From Anaerolineales bacterium (GTDB lineage Bacteria > Chloroflexota > Anaerolineae > Anaerolineales > UBA4823): 38,970 nt of DNA. A program made the position numbers and the translations under genes. The notes beneath the pieces were generated by a model. The model had not been told where the DNA came from, searched no databases, and worked only from the letters and a program-made list of their open reading frames with translations. The stretch's first letter is position 1; each line of letters opens with the position of its first letter. The stretch covers positions 1 to 38,970 of the forward strand of contig JBFFIU010000003.1 in NCBI GenBank assembly GCA_041556275.1. Direction: 5' to 3'. This document shows positions 36,094 to 38,970 of this stretch, one piece after another.

Positions 36094-36206
36094 TCTCCTT
36101 TCAGCATCCTACTGGGGAAAACCCGATCACCTTAGCTTAATTTGATTATACACCTGATTGAACGCCAAGAAGGTTAATGCCTCACGATCAACGTCTTTTC
36201 TTTCCA

Positions 36207-36235
36207 TTGACACTGGGCATTGCCTACGGTAAAAT
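36207..36235 (+). promoter_or_regulatory. Sigma-70 promoter of the LuxR-type gene
   Basis: TTGACA (36207-36212), 17 nt, TAAAAT (36230-36235). Confidence 0.8.
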
Positions 36236-36246
36236 CACCATAATAT

Positions 36247-36260
36247 AGAACAAATGTTCT
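36247..36260. promoter_or_regulatory. LexA (SOS) box
   Basis: AGAAC-AAAT-GTTCT, a perfect GAAC-N4-GTTC palindrome of the Bacillota/Actinomycetota/Chloroflexota type, just downstream of the predicted +1. Confidence 0.8.
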
Positions 36261-36287
36261 TTACGGGAATGGGAAACCTGTTTCAAT

Positions 36288-36770
36288 ATGAAAATACGTC
36301 CGGTTATATTGACTCGTCTGCGACGGGCCTTGCGCTCATTGATCTTTGCCAACCGGATTATGCGTCCGGAAAATGATATCGGCCGCGCTTTACAGGATTT
36401 AGCGGCGCGAGAAATGCGTTCCGAGGACGAAATTGCCACTGACCTGTTGTCCGTTGCCATCGCCCGGCGCCAGACGGCTGAGTCCAATCTGCTCCGCTGG
36501 AAAGAGCTCACCCAGCGTGAGCAGCAAGTGAGCGCCTTGACGTGCATGAACCTGACCAATATAGAGATCGCCGAACAACTGATGATCTCGCCTGAGACTG
36601 TCAAAACACATATTCGCAATGTGCTCGCTAAGTTCAACCTGCACAGCAAGGGTGAGCTGCGCCAGTTTATGGGGGATTGGGATTTCAGCGCCTGGGTGGA
36701 AGCGAATGTGACTGCAAAAAGGCTTGCTGGATCGGATGAACGGAAATATCCTCCAGGCTCGAAAAAATGA
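36288..36770 (+). CDS. LuxR-type HTH transcriptional regulator (no receiver domain)
   Basis: LTQREQQVSAL...TNIEIAEQLMISPETVKTHIRNVLAKF; start codon uncertain. Confidence 0.85.
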   Translation: MKIRPVILTRLRRALRSLIFANRIMRPENDIGRALQDLAAREMRSEDEIATDLLSVAIARRQTAESNLLRWKELTQREQQVSALTCMNLTNIEIAEQLMISPETVKTHIRNVLAKFNLHSKGELRQFMGDWDFSAWVEANVTAKRLAGSDERKYPPGSKK

Positions 36771-36843
36771 TCCAAGGGAACGATAGAGTGAGTTCCGTCG
36801 TCTGATAAGTATGGATCGAATGGGGTGATCTGCAGGAGGTGTT

Positions 36844-37122
36844 ATGGCAAGTACTGTGCTGGGTTGGTGCTTAATCATATTAGGTATCGTGGCGCTGTTA
36901 GTTGGTTTGGTGGCTTTTGTTCAGGTGCAGTTTTTTGAACTTAATCGCGGAGCTTCACTACAATTCATGAACGTTGAGCTGCAGGTGATTGCAGAGATCT
37001 TGGATAAAATCGCTCGCATCTTAGAGAGCTTCGCTATATTAAGTAATCCGGTTCAGTGGGCGATTATCGGTTTGATTTGTATCGGACTAGGGACTTACCT
37101 GCTGGGGAGTAAACCCTTCTAG
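36844..37122 (+). CDS. Small two-TM hypothetical membrane protein
   Basis: AGGAGGT SD; two hydrophobic helices. Confidence 0.7.
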   Translation: MASTVLGWCLIILGIVALLVGLVAFVQVQFFELNRGASLQFMNVELQVIAEILDKIARILESFAILSNPVQWAIIGLICIGLGTYLLGSKPF

Positions 37123-37246
37123 CATAGAATTTATGAAGGGCAATTGTTGTTATTGATACATATCAATCGCATATTGTTGCCGCATTTTATAACAGCGAAT
37201 ATAATTTCTCAAGATTATAAAAGGATGAAAGGAAAATGTAGGGATA

Positions 37247-37933
37247 GTGGCAAAACCTGAAGAATCGGAGATCTTGGGGATCATCCCGGCTTACAATGAA
37301 TCAAAAAGAATATCACCCATTGTGATTGGAACTTTGAATCATCTCTCAGTTTTGGTCGTTGACGATGGCTCAAGTGATGGGACTGCCCAGGTGGCGGAGA
37401 AGAGTGGTGCGCAGGTCTTGCGTTTATCGCCAAATCAGGGCAAAGGGGCCGCCCTACAATCTGGATTTCAACATGCGATTAATGAAGGTTTTGAGGCTGT
37501 ATTAACCTTGGATGCAGATGGTCAGCATGATCCAGATGATATCCCGGGGTTTGTTAACACCTACAGACGTAGTAATCCTGATTTAATCATCGGGGAGCGC
37601 GATTTCAGTCAGATTCCCCCCATACGCCGTCTGGCAAACACAATCGGTCGCTGGAGTTTCTCCTGGGCAGTCGGTAAACCAATTAGAGACAATCAATCTG
37701 GATACCGATTGATTAGCAAACGGATGATGGAAGGGATGCTTGGAAGCGGTGAAACTGGTTTTGAATTCGAGGTTGAGATGATCGTGATTTGCATCCATAA
37801 AGGTTTTAGCATGGAGTGGGTTCCGATTCGAACAATTTACACCGGTGAGAGCAGCCATATTAATCCTGCTAAACATATCATAGAATTTTCAAGGATGGTG
37901 CTGCAGACCAGAAAGAGGATGAGATCTCGTTAG
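37247..37933 (+). CDS. Glycosyltransferase family 2 (DPM1/GtrB-like)
   Basis: IIPAYNE, VVDDGSSDGT, NQGKGAAL, LDADGQH, DNQSGYR, FEFEVEM. Confidence 0.93.
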   Translation: MAKPEESEILGIIPAYNESKRISPIVIGTLNHLSVLVVDDGSSDGTAQVAEKSGAQVLRLSPNQGKGAALQSGFQHAINEGFEAVLTLDADGQHDPDDIPGFVNTYRRSNPDLIIGERDFSQIPPIRRLANTIGRWSFSWAVGKPIRDNQSGYRLISKRMMEGMLGSGETGFEFEVEMIVICIHKGFSMEWVPIRTIYTGESSHINPAKHIIEFSRMVLQTRKRMRSR

Positions 37934-37948
37934 AACGAATCCTTTTAG

Positions 37949-37976
37949 TGTAACATGGGGGCTTGAAATACGTTTA
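37949..37976 (+). promoter_or_regulatory. ECF-sigma-like promoter (TGTAAC-N16-CGTTTA)
   Basis: TGTAAC 37949-37954 and CGTTTA 37971-37976, ending 27 nt before ATG 38004. Confidence 0.6.
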
Positions 37977-38003
37977 TTTAATTGAACCTGACACCCAAAA
38001 AAC

Positions 38004-38759
38004 ATGAAAATACCAATTTTCTTCGTAATTATCGCAACGCTGGCCGTGCCTGTAATTTTAGTCCCTACTTCGGGCTCAACGATTCATGAATATGGCGATT
38101 TGACCCAAAATGGCTCTTTTTGGTTGGATAGCGTGGATCAGGTATGGGATATTACCCTCTGTGATTTAGAACTGTCCTATACTGTGGACATGTCCCGATA
38201 TATACCCCTTAAACAACAAACTGAATGGACAAATGTTGGTATTGGAAGCGGTGTTTGGGCATGGATGTCCTCAGGAGCCCCGAAAGCTGCACAGACAGAT
38301 CCAAATCAGTACGATCTTGACGATAAACTCCATCTTGGAGGCTTTCCGAACAAGATGGATGAATTGTCTTATGATGCGCTTGATCCCCAAAAAATAATTG
38401 AAGCGCCTGTCGGCGATCCTTGGGCTAATTATGGAATCTGGTTTGATCGCGACGGTGTTTCCAGCGGCCAATCGAAGCTGTGGGGCATGATCAATACTTT
38501 CACCTATAATACCGGGGGCAAGTACCGGGTTTCATTAAGATTTCATGCCATAACGGATGAATTAGGCACAGTATTTGCCACTGTCAACGGTGTGCAAACT
38601 GGTTTCTATGATGTATGGAGGAATGGGCAACCCGATTATTATCCGATCGGGGAGAGCATTGACGGTGATTTAACTCGAGCAAGAGTATTCGCATCTGTAT
38701 GGGGGGAAAACGTTAGATTAACCAATATTGTTACAAGCGGCTGTCAACCGGTTCCATAA
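38004..38759 (+). CDS. Secreted hypothetical protein
   Basis: N-terminal signal peptide MKIPIFFVIIATLAVPVIL; aromatic/Gly-rich, probably beta-rich; no family recognised. Confidence 0.75.
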   Translation: MKIPIFFVIIATLAVPVILVPTSGSTIHEYGDLTQNGSFWLDSVDQVWDITLCDLELSYTVDMSRYIPLKQQTEWTNVGIGSGVWAWMSSGAPKAAQTDPNQYDLDDKLHLGGFPNKMDELSYDALDPQKIIEAPVGDPWANYGIWFDRDGVSSGQSKLWGMINTFTYNTGGKYRVSLRFHAITDELGTVFATVNGVQTGFYDVWRNGQPDYYPIGESIDGDLTRARVFASVWGENVRLTNIVTSGCQPVP

Positions 38760-38970
38760 ATAAATTCCCTGATTAGCAGAATAATATTCACAGGTTGAAC
38801 GGGAGATAAAATTCACCTGCTGATAAACAATATGCAATATAAGATCACTAAATGCGTGTAGTCGTTTCGACTTGAAGGCGGGCATCGATTCTCTTTCCCA
38901 ATATTCTGTTCTGCACTTGGATTAAATAAATTAAGTGAGATAATTTATTCTGGCTTCGAATTACCTAATG

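Noticed and set aside
36224-36878. Minus-strand ORFs of 183 and 159 aa
   Set aside because: Antisense shadows of the LuxR gene. The other short ORFs nested in long CDSs were rejected for the same reason.

Overview
Bacterial chromosomal segment of moderate GC. Gene content and motifs (GAAC-N4-GTTC SOS box, [YF]LP-motif secreted proteins, cyclase-STAND-TPR protein) suggest Chloroflexota/Anaerolineae; this is an inference. From left to right: the 3' end of a VUT/YhhQ queuosine-precursor transporter; a SHOCT-themed membrane cluster (two Arg-rich/TM/SHOCT paralogs, a YugP-type zinc peptidase with an internal SHOCT insertion, SulP-STAS, DUF1269); a receiver-domain/thioredoxin-reductase-like fusion; an APH-like kinase; a CBS protein; a CGNR zinc-finger regulator divergent from a small protein plus EamA exporter, with twin TAACC-N18-GGTTA palindromes over the promoter; DUF1684; a ribose operon (rbsR-K-D-C-B-A-C2) whose RbsB has three tandem binding domains; a GH13 enzyme; a CmpX-like protein; a UBP zinc finger plus cyclase-STAND-TPR; a ComEC-type MBL hydrolase; a PAS-PAS-DUF4332 protein; an Mth938-like protein; an HddA-like GHMP kinase; two lamin-tail proteins; an SOS-boxed LuxR regulator; a GT2; and a secreted protein. 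The strongest unexplained signal is the region 33410-34300, which has no credible CDS. It appears to hold three tandem structured small RNAs, each behind an ECF-sigma-like promoter (TGTAAC-N16-CGTT; one copy is a variant). They include a C-rich RNA complementary to a G-rich RNA and an RNA with a large pseudoknot and anti-SD motifs. A fourth C-rich candidate lies at about 29766-29890. I saw no CRISPR array, tRNA, rRNA or intact transposase. All family calls come from motif recognition, not database searches.
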